A stretch of 56,506 bases of DNA, counting the filler, from Catajapyx aquilonaris (taxonomy: Eukaryota), in the NCBI GenBank assembly GCA_000934665.2. It is 2 parts of 2 records of this genome, joined end to end, with 100 filler letters (N's around TTAATTAATTAA, not from the genome) between each part and the next. Parts side by side here need not be neighbours in the genome. Positions count along the whole stretch, not along the records: positions 1 to 28,209 come from JYFJ02004955.1; positions 28,310 to 56,506 come from JYFJ02004956.1. One strand, written 5' to 3'. The notes below the pieces were generated by a model. It did no database searches and had not been told where the DNA came from. It saw only the letters and a program-made list of their open reading frames with translations. This document shows positions 23,866-36,949 of this stretch, in pieces. The position numbers were made by a program, and so were the translations under genes. How positions within the stretch are numbered: position 1 is the first letter of the stretch; each line of letters opens with the position of its first letter.

Positions 23866-25176
23866 NCCGCCAGCTTCTACGCCGCAGTACATGGAGCGAC
23901 ACCCCTCACTGCGACGAGAATTATTACTATTAATTGAGAATGGATGGGGAAACGGAAGGGGGAACGAACCGGAACGAACGGACCATGCCTACTAGATTTG
24001 AATTGGCGGTTTGGGAGTCTTGGTTCGTCGCGTTCCCCCACCAGGTTTGCTGTATGTGATCCGGCGTAGAGCACAAACCTTGGCTACATGGCCCATCCTT
24101 TTTCACTGCACTTTGGTGCACCTACTGAATGATAAATGACCTTATCCAAGCATCGTCACGTGCACATGATTGTGTTAGCGCTCAGCTTCACCGCCACACC
24201 ATTTTTTGCAAGGTTCATTATCTAGATATGAGATAACTTTAGGATTTGTTTGAACCTAATTTCCGAAGGAGAGGAAATATTGTCAGGAGCAATAGTAAGT
24301 AATGATTTACACCGTCAAAATTCCATTTTCGACCATGTTTTTAGCTTTTGTTCCTATGCTGTCGCCTACTGTGCGAGACAATCCTGGTCTAAGGGGTAAG
24401 GGGCTCCTAGATTTTTGTTGTATTATCTTGAAATTTTGCATGAGGGAGTTTCAGAAGTCGCCTATTTCAAATCCGTTGTCGAAACCTACCTAAACCCAGC
24501 GTGCCTAAACCCGCCTAAACCTTACATGCCAGGCGGAAAATCATATGAAAAGTTACTTTATTGGTACCGTCATTAATTCTTTTTCATTATTATGCGAAGT
24601 ATATGACTGTACTGTAGGAATGCCGGGTCCTTCGGAACAGGTACCTTCCTTCATTACACCGAAAATCAGCGCTATAAAGCTTCATAACTGCATAATAGTA
24701 AGCACCAGGGGTAAGTTCAGGACGAATTTGTCGGTAAGGAGTGCAGGAGACGATACCTCGGTCGATACTATCATACACTTTTTGCCCAGTGGCGCCGCGC
24801 CGCCTCCTTGGCGAGTATGTTGTCTGGCCAGCCATATTGATAAGTTTTAGTCCATGGGAACCATTGGTGGTCCCATGACCTGCATACGGATCACAATATT
24901 AATCGCGAGGTGCAGAGGAGGAAGGGAGGGAGATGCATAGGATTCACGAACCATCATGGGCTGCCCTTAGGAGTAATGATACTCTACCATATTTTGCGTT
25001 AGTAGGCGCTTTAACTCAATTTTACTACCGTCATTCAACGCAATTCAAGTCGGGGTTTTCCGATGCTGAGTCTCTGGTGCCTAACTAGGCTACATGAAGG
25101 ACGACATAACAAGGGCTGTGGCTTAGTTCTCTGTGCCATTCAGTACTTATCAATTGACTTTATTAGCACATTTCAG

Positions 25177-25284
25177 GAGCTCAGCCATCTGTCCTCTATC
25201 CTTCGTGGTCTGTGCGCCTTTTGGGGACACACAATACACAGTTTATGCCATGTGGAACAAAAGTCAGCTCAGACCCGCAAGTCG
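25177..25284 (+). CDS. Candidate cytoplasmic-tail exon of the Sidestep-like gene
   Basis: tttcag|GA...GTC G|gtgaaa; 108 nt, phase 1-1, open in the required frame (GAQPSVLYPSWSVRLLGTHNTQFMPCGTKVSSDPQV). No motif support. Confidence 0.4.
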
Positions 25285-25634
25285 GTGAAAATCTCACGGA
25301 CACTCACTTCCACTTTCAGCTTTTCCACTTCCTAATATTCAAGTTTGGCAGAAATATTTAGCGCATACCGGTACTGTATATTATCCGAAAGCCCATTAAA
25401 TACTATTTCCAATTGTGTATAAACTGTCCGCCACAATAATTGATTGTGAAGCCATTGGGCCAGCATTCATTAACAATTTCACCGATTCGCGAATTTGAGC
25501 TAACATGATGTACACCATTTTGGCATGTCTCTTAAAATCAACAAGAGCAATAAGAAATAATTGTTTGTTGTAGGCTATAATGTTAACCACTTAATATTAA
25601 TTTTGTCTGTCTCTTTTACAATTATTGACCACAG

Positions 25635-25705
25635 CAGTTGTACGGAGTAATACGGCGCCTCAAAGCAGCCATGCACGGACACTGCCACAGGAATCTGCCT
25701 TATGA
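25635..25705 (+). CDS. Probable last coding exon of the Sidestep-like gene (PDZ-binding-type C-terminus)
   Basis: Pyrimidine tract then acag|CA in phase 1. Encodes AVVRSNTAPQSSHARTLPQESAL*; E-S-x-L fits a class I PDZ ligand. AATAAA at about 26120. Confidence 0.65.
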
Positions 25706-28209
25706 AGAGAGCTCCTGCAAAGAGCATAATTGCACACTGTATGTCTTCCTTTTCCTGGAACAGTTTTGTATTACAATGGCGCAGTTGAGCAAATTTGAAG
25801 TGATCCTGCTTCTGAGCTCATATCCGTACTCTGTGGAAATTGATACGGGTTGGGACCATGTGACATTTTCTTACACTAAGGCTGAAGGACACTAGAAATA
25901 CGGTACCTACATGTTTCTTCGTGTGAGTGGATGTCATTGTTGTGAAATACGTGCCCTGGTTGGTCACATTTCTGTAGACGCCGAGATGTACATCACGGAT
26001 AACGTGATCAATTTTTGAATGTTGTTGAAATGTACCACATCCACACGGCAAAGTTTGCCGGAAAATCGGCACGATGCTGTGGATATAAAGTGGTTTCACA
26101 CATTACAATATCATTTTAGAATAAATACCACGTAATAATTACTCGGGCATGTATCCTTATTAGAGTGTTCCCGAGTCATGTTTGCCTTTTTCACCCCTCT
26201 TTCCTTTATCCAATATCAAAATTTGCATATCTGCCAATAATGCTGCTGCAAGTTTTGAAAGCAAATGTTATACGAGACAGGAGGTTTAGGGGGACCTGTA
26301 TAGATTTGCATTCCCGCCACGTTAAGGCCATAACTTTACCAGGGACGAGTCATCCATCATCAGTCACTTTCTTTACACCATGTAAATCCGTACGTGTTGA
26401 CGTCCGTTACATCCCCTTCTAACTTGCAATCTGTTGACACGATCGGCACTAGTAAATAAAAATCTAAGAGAATACGTAACCTCGAGGGCTGCATTGACTT
26501 TTGACAGCAGTCAAAGATGGCAATTAAATTGGGTGTTAATTTAAAGGCGGTTCTTACCATGTCAGTAATCCAATAATAAGAATATGTAGATTCAGAGTTT
26601 GTTCACCATCATTATGACACTAATAATATTTATAATATATTTCTCTCCTCTGCCTCTTTTCCCCTTCCCTTGCTTCTCTTCCCACAGCACAATAACTCTC
26701 CCTTATCTCCCCATTACAGGCTCTCCCTTCAACCTGACCATGCTTTATCACTTCCACCGCACGGAACACACAAAAGACTAATTTGTAAAGATTGCAAATA
26801 GCCCCGGACGCCATTAAAATTTCAAACATGCGGAAGGGTTTCAGGGTGTGTGTGGGGGTGGTCCTGGCGAAACAGCCAAAATAAATGCGGCCACTCAGCA
26901 TTCCTTCTGGACTGATTCGTGACGATGGGGGCTATTCGGGCCTAGGTCATAAACGCTGACTGAATGGCGTGACCAAACAGCACTCCTCCTCGCTTTACGG
27001 GCCCGTAGACTAAGCTCAGGCTTAGTTCCTCCCAAATTGCAGGGAAGACCCCAAAGTGAAAGGGAAGACATGTTGGCCTATAGATGAGGGCGAGACACGG
27101 ACACCCACCTTCCAGTAGACTACATGGCACTATACGTACTGATAATTTCAACAAGTGGCTTGTAGTATTATTATGCATTTACAGAATGTACATCACTGGC
27201 TGTGTATCGATACAAGCTGTTGGGGTCATCTTTCTCCCCACAGGAATCAATTACCCTTTGCAAAGAGCCACTTACCCCTCTCCTGCATGCTGACAATAGT
27301 CACTTATGCCAAGTAACCATCCAAAAATTCTAGACAAAATATACTTCTGGCTATGGAGAAGAACGCCTACAGTAACGCACCATTCAGCAGGCTTCTGGCG
27401 ACTTACCTGGTAAGCAATTATAAATAATTTTTATATTACTAGACGGGCCGTATATTTACTGATGGATGACATATACTATAATAATTGGCTAGAACTATTT
27501 TTTAGTGTAGAGCTACAGCAGGTATGCATGCAACTCAGCTGCTTGGCAGGATCGATGAACAGGGAGAAGACGTAACCACATCCTGCGTCCGGAAACTTCC
27601 GGACTCGGAAAAGACAGAGAAGCTCGCATATAATATTGTTATATAAGAATATATTATTTTGTGCCTCCAACTAGTCTAGAGAAGGGTGGTCCAACTATTC
27701 TGAATCCCTGATAAAATAGTGCTGCTGCACCAGCACTGCATTCATCCATCTGGCCTGCCTGTGACAAATTGAGGCGAGTAAAAGGTGTGAAGGTCAACCT
27801 TTATCTTAATCCATCCTAGCCACCCGGCTCTCTTTCACGTGCTTCCCTCCCATCAAGGCAGAGGTAGACAACTGGACATACCCAATGTTCCTAATCAGTG
27901 CGGAAAGAACATCATGTTAACTTGGTGGATCAAGAAGCAAGATATTTTTCAAATGTTAAGGAGAGGCAGGTACAAGTTTGCCTACTGTCGACTTTCTTCA
28001 GAGACTCTCTCACTGATGAGAGATAAACATTGTGATGTAGGTGAAGTTTTGCATGAGGTGGTAGCTTTCCAAGTATTTAACAATTATTATTGGTAACTGC
28101 CGTTTATTTACGAGAAGGATGATAATTTTCTATTTTTCTTCTTAGTACGTCGTAAGTGGGCCAAATTAGGCCAGGCCATTTTTGCTCCCTAAACCGATGT
28201 GTATATGGG

Positions 28210-28309
28210 NNNNNNNNNNNNNNNNNNNNNNNNNNNNNNNNNNNNNNNNNNNNTTAATTAATTAANNNNNNNNNNNNNNNNNNNNNNNNNNNNNNNNNNN
28301 NNNNNNNNN
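28210..28309. other. Assembly gap containing TTAATTAATTAA linker
   Basis: N run with TTAATTAATTAA at 28254-28265, which gives stops in all six frames. Confidence 0.95.
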
Positions 28310-29285
28310 CACCCTATTTATGTGCAATTAATTTATATTTCGTCATTTCCATATTCTCAACTGGGAAATATCAGGGTGAGCGAATTATTCTGGGTTTGGG
28401 CAAGTATAAACTACAGTACTAATGACCATGAAACAGACTATGGGATTCTTGTAACTAACCTGAGACAGCGCACTACTAGCACAGCCTTACTACTATAATG
28501 GCTATGAGCAATGAAATAAGTGGGTTCTTTTTGGAAGAGTGGCACAAACTCAAGACATTTTTTCTTGTGCATGTGAACTTGGTAGGTGTGACCTACATTG
28601 ATAAGTCGATACTGCCAGCGATGAAGTTACGCCAGGAGACACATGCACTAACCCACCACAAAAAGGTTCCCAATTTCATGGATTTAAAAAAAGAGAGACA
28701 GAAGAGGTCTCATAATTCCGAGACTGAATGGATGCTTGCAATCAACTTGGCTAACTAATACTGACAGATATTCCTATTGACATTTGCTGGGAGCTGAGAG
28801 GGAGGTCTTTAGGCTTGCAAAATAAACTGTCGGTATCATAGAAGACACAGTCCCATATAATATTCATCTCCATTTTCCTCCCACTGAATGACTCAAACTA
28901 GGGCAGACTGGCAATGACTTCACAAAATTTCAAGTCCAGTCATCTGCATCACAAGAGCGTTAGTCATCAAACTTAACCTGGGTAATATTGCGCAAGGAAG
29001 ATCTCAACAAATCTGTGGATCCATAGGCTGGGTTGGGGGAATGCCCGACACTGCTCGTATACTAGTCGTACTCCACCTGGCGAGATGGAGTCTCGATGCC
29101 ATGCTACAATTGTGAAATGTAATTTTATAAACTTTAATAAAATTAGTACGTGACATATTCCATGTTTCTATCCCTAATCGCAAAATTATTTTGTATGTGA
29201 AATTTCATGTTGAATTTGTTTGGCACATAATCTGGGTTGACCTTGCGCGCTTGTATCAATTGTGATGTTTAAAAAATGTATGACT

Positions 29286-29800
29286 CTAGGCATTGTGCGT
29301 AACTCCATTCTTCTTCTCTCCTGACAATTTTACAAATAAGATATCAATTCTTGCACTCTTATCTGTGTACAGATCCACAAAGAGTAACATGCTCCATTCC
29401 AATGTAACAAATCGTAGTAACCCATCTGCATCTACAAAAAATTCCGCTGCAAGTTCATGTAAGTTAGAGATGTATTGACTGGAATGAGGCTCCAGTACAA
29501 ACACTGGTTGTAATGCAATGTGTGGCCTTTCAATATCATCCAGTCGGTTAGACAGAAATTACTGACGCTTATACAACTTGATTATTTGTTCGCCAAATTT
29601 GACCAATTTCCAATATTCCTAAGTTTTAAACCCTTGTTAAGTTTGCGAAAGTGCCAAATTGTTAATTGTTTCCCCACAAAGCGTATAGTTGGTTCACCAA
29701 AGGTTTGTGCCATATGCCGTCTTTCTTCTCTAATAATTTCCCTTAAAGGTAACGTAGTGCTCGGACCCACTGTCTATGCTCATAAATAGGATTAAAATCC
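29286..29800 (-). pseudogene. Decayed gene of unknown family B
   Basis: LREIIREERRHMAQTFGEPTIRFVGKQLTIWH...ELAAEFF loosely parallels REVI..IHEFNDMSYNYAEPILRIFSME*VWH...AACELFF at about 36500-36870. Confidence 0.35.
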
Positions 29801-30589
29801 TTTAGCTTAGTTATAAATTTTCAAGAGCACGAACAACCAACTAGTACCCCCTTTTAAGTAGTGATCATAGTGAATTTAACTTTTGGCATTTAACCTGACC
29901 AATCATACTTCTTCCAGTACTCACGTATAATCAGTCCAGGTTGCCCCGCAGTTGTCCAGGGATCTCCAGGTTGTCAAAGTTAATGGCCCATTTAGTCAAA
30001 TTTCCTTGAGCCGAAATATACCACTGGACCAACTGTACCTCCTGTTGTTTTTTTAAAAATAGGATTAAATGACTGGAGTACTTGTTGATTTGAACCCCTT
30101 CAGGGACGGATCATCCTTCACTCCGATAATAATGGAAAAGACACCCAGTAGGTCTGGTTGTGGGCAGTTTCCTGTGGCTCTAGGAAAAGTTTTTCAATAT
30201 ACGAGAGAGGCATATGTACTTTAGCCAGTGGGCTGATGTAAACGTTGGTCGTCGCTAATTGAGTTTCGATGACTCACCATGATTGGCTCAAATTGACAAT
30301 TTCTCAAAAAACGCAAGGCTATTGTTTGTAAGCGTGGATGGCTTTATGGTGCAAAATCAGTACAAGTTTAATGCTTCTGTTTTGCCACCCACATGAATCT
30401 GACCACAAAAACAAGTATGCTATACTGACTGAGCCATACGTTAATTGATGTACGTAATGAGATGGGACTCCTGAGTTCACTCTCTATTTATAGATCAAAG
30501 TTGGCTTCATCTAATACGCAGCAAGTGTTGCGAATTGACTGCTTTTGAGCAATTGCAAATAGAACTTTTCATTAGAGCTTTACTGTTAC

Positions 30590-30890
30590 GATATTTAGAA
30601 CAATTTTTCATAAATCTGCATAATATGTGGAGAAATTTTATTGAAAATGTTATTTTGAAGTGGAATTTTTGTTTTCTCGAAGAGCTGGGAACGATGATGA
30701 ACCCATTGTTCTATAGCCAGCCAACAACAACATAAACTGGGCACTTCATTCTCCGAGTTAATCTTTAGAAGTGAAAGTCAGTGGGGAAGTACTGTAATGA
30801 GAGACACTTTCTGGGCACCACATTTTTTTGTAGCTGAATGAAATGTGTAACTGTCCACATGCCCAGATCATATTCTTATTGCGATATTTT
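30590..30890 (-). pseudogene. Decayed BACK-domain (BTB-BACK) gene
   Basis: Manual translation THFIQLQKN.../LLKINSENEVPSLCCCWLAIEQWVHHRSQLFEKTKIPLQNNIFNKISP matches the BACK pattern L.I.SE.EV..A...WV.H. Confidence 0.55.
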
Positions 30891-31999
30891 GAGGTGTCAG
30901 TTTTAAGATAAACAGTCGGAGATAACTTGAGGAATTATCCGTTATGCACTCTTTTTCCCATTTCTGACCTGCCTCCCCATGTTCTGGAGAATTTCATGTA
31001 ATGTCCTTATCAAACTGGCTTTCTAAATGGACCCATCCCATCGTTCTAGGTGAGTCAGTTGCAAGCGCTGCTCAGATGATAAGCTTCTTTGCATCCTTGG
31101 TCCAGACCGTACTCTTCATTTTAGAATTATTGCACCCAATATAGTTTTTCTCATCTGTCCCTTTGGGTATAATTATGCACAATTGAAACTATCAGTGTCC
31201 TGGTATGGATTGTCACGTATGTATATATGGCCAACCATGTATATGGAAACCAAACCCTCGGGCGTCGCATGATTCGATTGAATATCTTCTACATAAGCTC
31301 TATTAATTGGCTGATGAAATAGGCGTCGGAATAATCACAGTCATCTAACCGCGGTGAATTAGAGTGCTCCCGATGTTCTCTATCATTATATGCCCTAGGA
31401 ACCTGAAATATGCATTGTAATGGTAATGATTATTTGCCCTGAAAAGTAGAGTGCGTTAAGTTTACATCACGATATTACATCAGTATTTGGTTTGATACAA
31501 AAACCGCTTTTTCTTATGGTATTGCTAGTATTGCTGGAAAATAATTGATACTTGGGAACTTTTCGATCTCTACATGCATAATTTATTCTTTGCGCTTGCC
31601 GTACATTTCCAACTATGGTAACGCAAGGTAATCCAGCAATGGTCTGAAAAAGAAATCTGATTTTTAATTATGACAGGGTAGTTCCAGATTGATTAGGTTA
31701 AAAAATGACCCTGAGTTTCGCAAAATTGTTTGGTTCCTCAGCACCAATGTTTTTGCATTTGTTCGCTCTCTATCTTAACTCCAAGTGATCTGCCACCACC
31801 ACTAATACAATGAAAGGGTGCGGGGGTCTGTTAAGTCACTTTTAAAAACCAAGTCAAATTCTGCTCAGGTAATGTGGAATTGGTGAGTGTGAACCTAATT
31901 TTGGAAGTAGCTGCTACCATATCGACGATATCGTGAAATAGCCGCGTGAATCTCAAGGATCCTCATTGTTTCCTAGTGATGCGATATTTGCGATGTTTC

Positions 32000-33240
32000 C
32001 AACTTTGTCTCCTCCATTTATACACTATCTCTTATTGAGACGGGAGGTTCTCTTTTTTTGTAGATTTGAGGCACTAGTCACTCTGAATATTTGTGGATGA
32101 TGAGACTGCATTGGTAAATTGGTCAAACCTTGCTGTTGTGTACGGTCGACTGACCTAATATGCCTATATAAGCAGCACAGTGTTCATCAGTACACAGCAG
32201 GGTTGAGTTTCATGTTCCTTCTTCATTATAGCAATGTGTGTTGGCCTCTACAAATTTTCCAGCAGATGATGCAATGTGTCATCATGACTGGGTTGTAGTT
32301 CGTCTTTAGGTGAGGTTGATTTTCTCCTTGTGGTGCTTTGGTTCTTGCACTGCTTCCATGCTTAGTATGATTAGCATAAGGAAGGCACATCAATGATGGT
32401 CATCGCCTTGTGCCAGAGATGCCTTCTGATCTTTTTATGCAACTTTGGTCCTCTGGATACAGCTCCAGATGGCCATATCAATTCTAAGTAGAATAATATT
32501 GGTAACAAGTGATTGAATCACTGGCTGGAGCATGTCTGATGGTGGACAGGCCATTGGGGCAGTCAGTTGGACATTCCCAATCACCGCAGCTTCCAGATTT
32601 CTCCCCTTATAAATGTATCATGTATGCATATAATATAATTGTTTTGTAATGCCTGTATAATCAGTTAGAATGCTAATTTCAATGATCCATATGCACTGTG
32701 CATGAATGACGGTAGCAGCATCAATAAGTTTTTGAAGTACTTCTTCATATGCGAAAATTCGTTTCAAATGAACGGGATGGTATGCATTAAGGTAGTAACC
32801 GGCAACATCAACTAGCTGCAGCGTCTAAAATTTTTGATTTTATTGCTTGTCAAAGTTTGGAACTTTACGCAGTGAATCAATCAATTTATTAGGAGGATTC
32901 TGTATATCATGAAATGTGGCTTTTACTTGTTCCTCATGGCTTCAATGTATACAGGTCCCTGGGACGTTTACTCCTTCCTGGTTTTTGGTATATTTATCGT
33001 CTTGTCAATGATTTGGTCACATTCTTGTGTCAGTCATGATGATCACATTGATGTAATTCTGCCAGTACAGTAGCTGGCTATAGCTGTGCACAATGCGCAA
33101 ATAAACTCGTCAGGCTTGGCGGCAATTGGCGCAAGCTCTTGCTGATGCCCAGATCACAGGATTGATACTAGTCAATTTTTGCTTAATGGCTGACTTGCTC
33201 TTCAATTGACGAGTCAATGATGAATGCTCGATGCCACGCT
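32000..33240 (-). pseudogene. Decayed gene of unknown family A (longest copy)
   Basis: One frame reads for about 1 kb with scattered stops: ..VAGYYLNAYHPVHLKRIFAYEEVLQKLIDAATV..WIIEISI..HHLLENL*RPTH..LCTDEHCAA.. DNA-level paralogs at about 35200-35800, 36950-38130 and 44430-45230. Confidence 0.6.
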
Positions 33241-33779
33241 ACAATGGTGAAATGTAATTTTATCAGCTGAATAAAAATGAGTACATGGCATGTTGTGATA
33301 TGTCTCGGTAGCAGTAATCAGTCGTGGGTGAATGAATTTTGTAAAGTGAGCATGCCTCGAATCTTGATGTTGTCGGAACAGAGCGTCTCTTCGGCGCTAG
33401 CACTCGCTGCCGCAGGCGGAACCTGCCCATCGACGTATTGTGCAATAAATATTTGCAATTTGCTACTAGAGTACTTCTTTTGTCCTGTTAAATTGAGTGT
33501 AGGGAGGAGGAATGGAACAATATTGGTTCATCTTGATGGCATCATCTTCCACTGTCGCCACTGATTTGTCATCATATCTGTACTCCGTATTTCCTATTGA
33601 GCTAATTATTCTTTTGAGTGCTTCAAGTTTCTGATTATTGTGATTGTGCCAATGGTGAGGCTCAAAATATTGTACATCCTTGCTACTCATTGGTAGGGTC
33701 GGCTTCTTTGCACTTACAGTACAGAATTAGTCTTAGCAATGCTGCTTGTTAAAGAATGTTACACTGGCATATTCCAGAA

Positions 33780-34510
33780 ACATTTCGTGGATGTTAACAC
33801 AAAAATTAAGGAACAGGTTATGTTACACACAAGATTGAGACGTTTATCTTTACTCATGTGTAATTATGAATTGCAGCCCAAGACAAAAAGGACTGCGGGT
33901 GTGACATATGTGGTGTCGTCCGCAGGACTTTGAAGCCAGTTTTGGTGGACGTCTCGTCCAAATTTCGCCAGATCATTGGTCGCGAGGTTGATCAATGCTT
34001 CTATCGACTTTATTCATTCCACAAGTGCAGGCAAGATTCGTATCAGAGGAAATTAAATATGATTAATACTACCCATGAACTCGTAGCACTGACTGATCAT
34101 TGTCCTGGATAGGGGCTTGTTCTTATTTTGCAAATACATAGCGAGCGCAAAATTTCTCCTCTCATCATGAAGTAGCGAAAGTGAAAGTTTACTTTGTCGC
34201 TTCAATCTCCTTGGTGTGGTGACACTAACAAGTTGATATCGGGGGTACCGGTATACGTATCTCGGGGATAAAGGGGAATGAATAATGGATCTGTAGTTGT
34301 TTAACCCTAATAGTTTCAGGCGTATGCGATGCTGATGCGATGTCGGAAATAGTCACATTTTGGGATTTTGTGGCCCATGTCTCCATCTCTTTTGCGACTA
34401 TTAACAGTCATACTCTCTCGTAATGGCACCGTACATCATTCATATTAATTAAAAATACACATCTGAAGCATTTAGATTTTGGGCGAGCGAACGAGCTCTC
34501 GTCACATGAC
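33780..34510 (-). pseudogene. Decayed BTB-BACK gene
   Basis: Fragments CVFLINMNDVRCH..SQNVTISDI../RDTYTGTPDI../ALAMYL..SQCYEFM..VHQNW..VLFVLGCNS*LHM resemble BTB (V.I.DI, Y.YTG) and BACK features. DNA paralog at 48405-48600. Confidence 0.5.
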
Positions 34511-35595
34511 TTGGTGACTGATTTTCCCTATATCCTAACAACCACTCTGGATGGGTTATCACTTCCATCAAGAGACGTCTTGGTTCGAAGATCAGCAAGA
34601 CCACTGCAGCATTCTCAGCTTTTCCAGTGGAGTTAAACTTTGAGTCATGATGTATTCACTGTTTGGGCATGCTTTGTACATTAGGAAGGTATTATAATGT
34701 TGAATTGATTTACATCTCAGTAAGTACAATATGTGCCGTATTTATTTCCTCTCATGCAAGTGCAGGAATGCAGGATGACCAAGTATGGAAGTGCAGTGTC
34801 TTCATGACCCCAGGTTACATTACCCACCGTCTTAAAGTGTTTTATGGTCGTGGTGTGGTGCAGTATTCTGCCGGCGGATTCGACCAGCGAGAGAACCAGT
34901 CTTGCCCTGGAAAAGGTCACAACAATCTCTCACGCCTCAAGGATACTCAGAATTACACCGATTTAGGTACAAGTGAGGCTTATTTTTATAGAAACACAAT
35001 AATATTTGTGTTTGGCTAGATTTTGAAACAAGCTGTCGTCTGGATCATTATCACTGGCTGTCTTGGTATTATGCCATTTCCACTACTTTTTGCTTTAATG
35101 GTTTAAAAGGTGTAGGTTTTCTATAGCATACCATCGGTCCACTCTGCCACATTGGGTCCATATGAATCCCGACTCGGCCACCACGCCTTCCCAATGGCAC
35201 TATAATCAATTAGAATGACAATTTCAGTGATCCAGATGTACATAAATGATGGTACCATCAGCAGTAAGGTTGTGAAGTAGTTCATTTGAGAAAATCCACT
35301 GCCATTGAGCTGGATGCTATTCAGAAAGGTAGTAATACATAACTGGCAGCAGCAACTAGCCCTGGAGAGGGTGTGTCTGAAGATTTCTTCTCCTTCCATA
35401 CGCAACCTTAGGACATCGGAGTTCAAGATAATTATGTATACAGTACTGTATAGAAAATGCCCTTCATGAAATCCATACCAGTTTTTTCATGGAAGGGCAT
35501 CCTTGTACCTGGGGCCGTAGCTCCACAAAAACATGGTTGGTTCATATCTCTTTACAAGGCCAATAGTTTCTCATTTTTGTAGGTGGAAGGGTGTA

Positions 35596-35781
35596 GTTGT
35601 AATCTTGTTGGCAAGACCTTGGTGTACATAAATCAGGTGATGACTCGTGTTGTTCTAATTGTGACTTTTTTGTGGGTTGATTGGTCCAGTTGTAATCTTG
35701 TTGGCAAGACCTTGGTGTACATAAATCAGGTGATGACTCGTGTTGTTCTAATTGTGACTTTTTTGTGGGTTGATTGGTCCA
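35596..35781. repeat. Perfect 93-bp tandem duplication
   Basis: agttgtaatcttgttggcaagacc...gattggtcc present twice head-to-tail. Confidence 0.95.
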
Positions 35782-36949
35782 ACTTTGCAGTCCCACTGCC
35801 TCTTGAATTTGGGCAGCTCTTTTTTGGGAACCTCTTCAGCTGCTTCCATGCTGGCCTCGAAACCATTCCTGAACCGGACCAGCAAAGCGTGTCTTTGGCA
35901 CAAAATATTTTTTTTTTGAAGAAGCTAGTTGTGGATAGTACTGCTTCAGTTGGATGGGGAAATGTTGGTGGCATTGAGTAGATTTCAATGTTTCATGTAA
36001 TGAATTTGTTACGGGAAGGCTATTACATATTTGCTCACCACTATTATTCTGATATTTGCCTATTAATTAGTGGATGCATGTGCAAGAATAAAGTTGAGAT
36101 TAATTCCATGAATACCACTGCTACTGTATAATATCATTGTCATGTATAGTAATCTTATGCCAGGAAAGGTGATTCTGCTGAGTATGCATATAATATTGCC
36201 GCGGCGAGTGTTTTCCTATATCCCATATCATGTTAACTCGGGGAGAGGGGACACTGCGGGGTCCGGTATGAGTATGTCCATCCACACTCTGTCGAAATCA
36301 GCCATTACTTCAATTATGTCAGAATCCACAGTGGCGATGGCTGGTGGTGTCTCCCTCCTCCTCTTTGCTGCCAGACGTCGTTGTATGGACCTTTCTGGAG
36401 TCACCGCGGGTTTTCTTTCCGTCTTTTCCTCGGGTGGTACCTTCACCGGACTCAGACAATATTGAACCAAGTAGCCTTGTGATTGTCGCCAGAGGTAATC
36501 AAGAAGAGGGGTATTTTAATGAACATTTGCGTGAATGATAACAGTCCATAATATTCGACAGAAGTTTGCAACTCGGAAACATTAGCATCTCTATCCCTTG
36601 TATTTCTTCTGGGACATTTATTGTTGGAGAGCCCTGCATGAAGAAAAGTTCACAGGCGGCGGACGAATAAATTTTCACCGTTTGATTCTCCAATGAGTTT
36701 CTCTGCTTTCACATGCCGAGAACCAGTCTATGACATACCGTCCCTATGATATGCCATACTCATTCCATACTAAATATCCGTAGAATTGGTTCTGCATAAT
36801 TATAGGACATGTCATTAAATTCATGGATCAGTCAAGACTGATATATGACTTCACGTTCAAAGCGGCCCGTTTGGTATTGCATCATGTGGCGCAATCATCT
36901 ATAACTGTTAACTCTGTAAGTTGACATCAGCTGCCAATACGCAGTTTTT

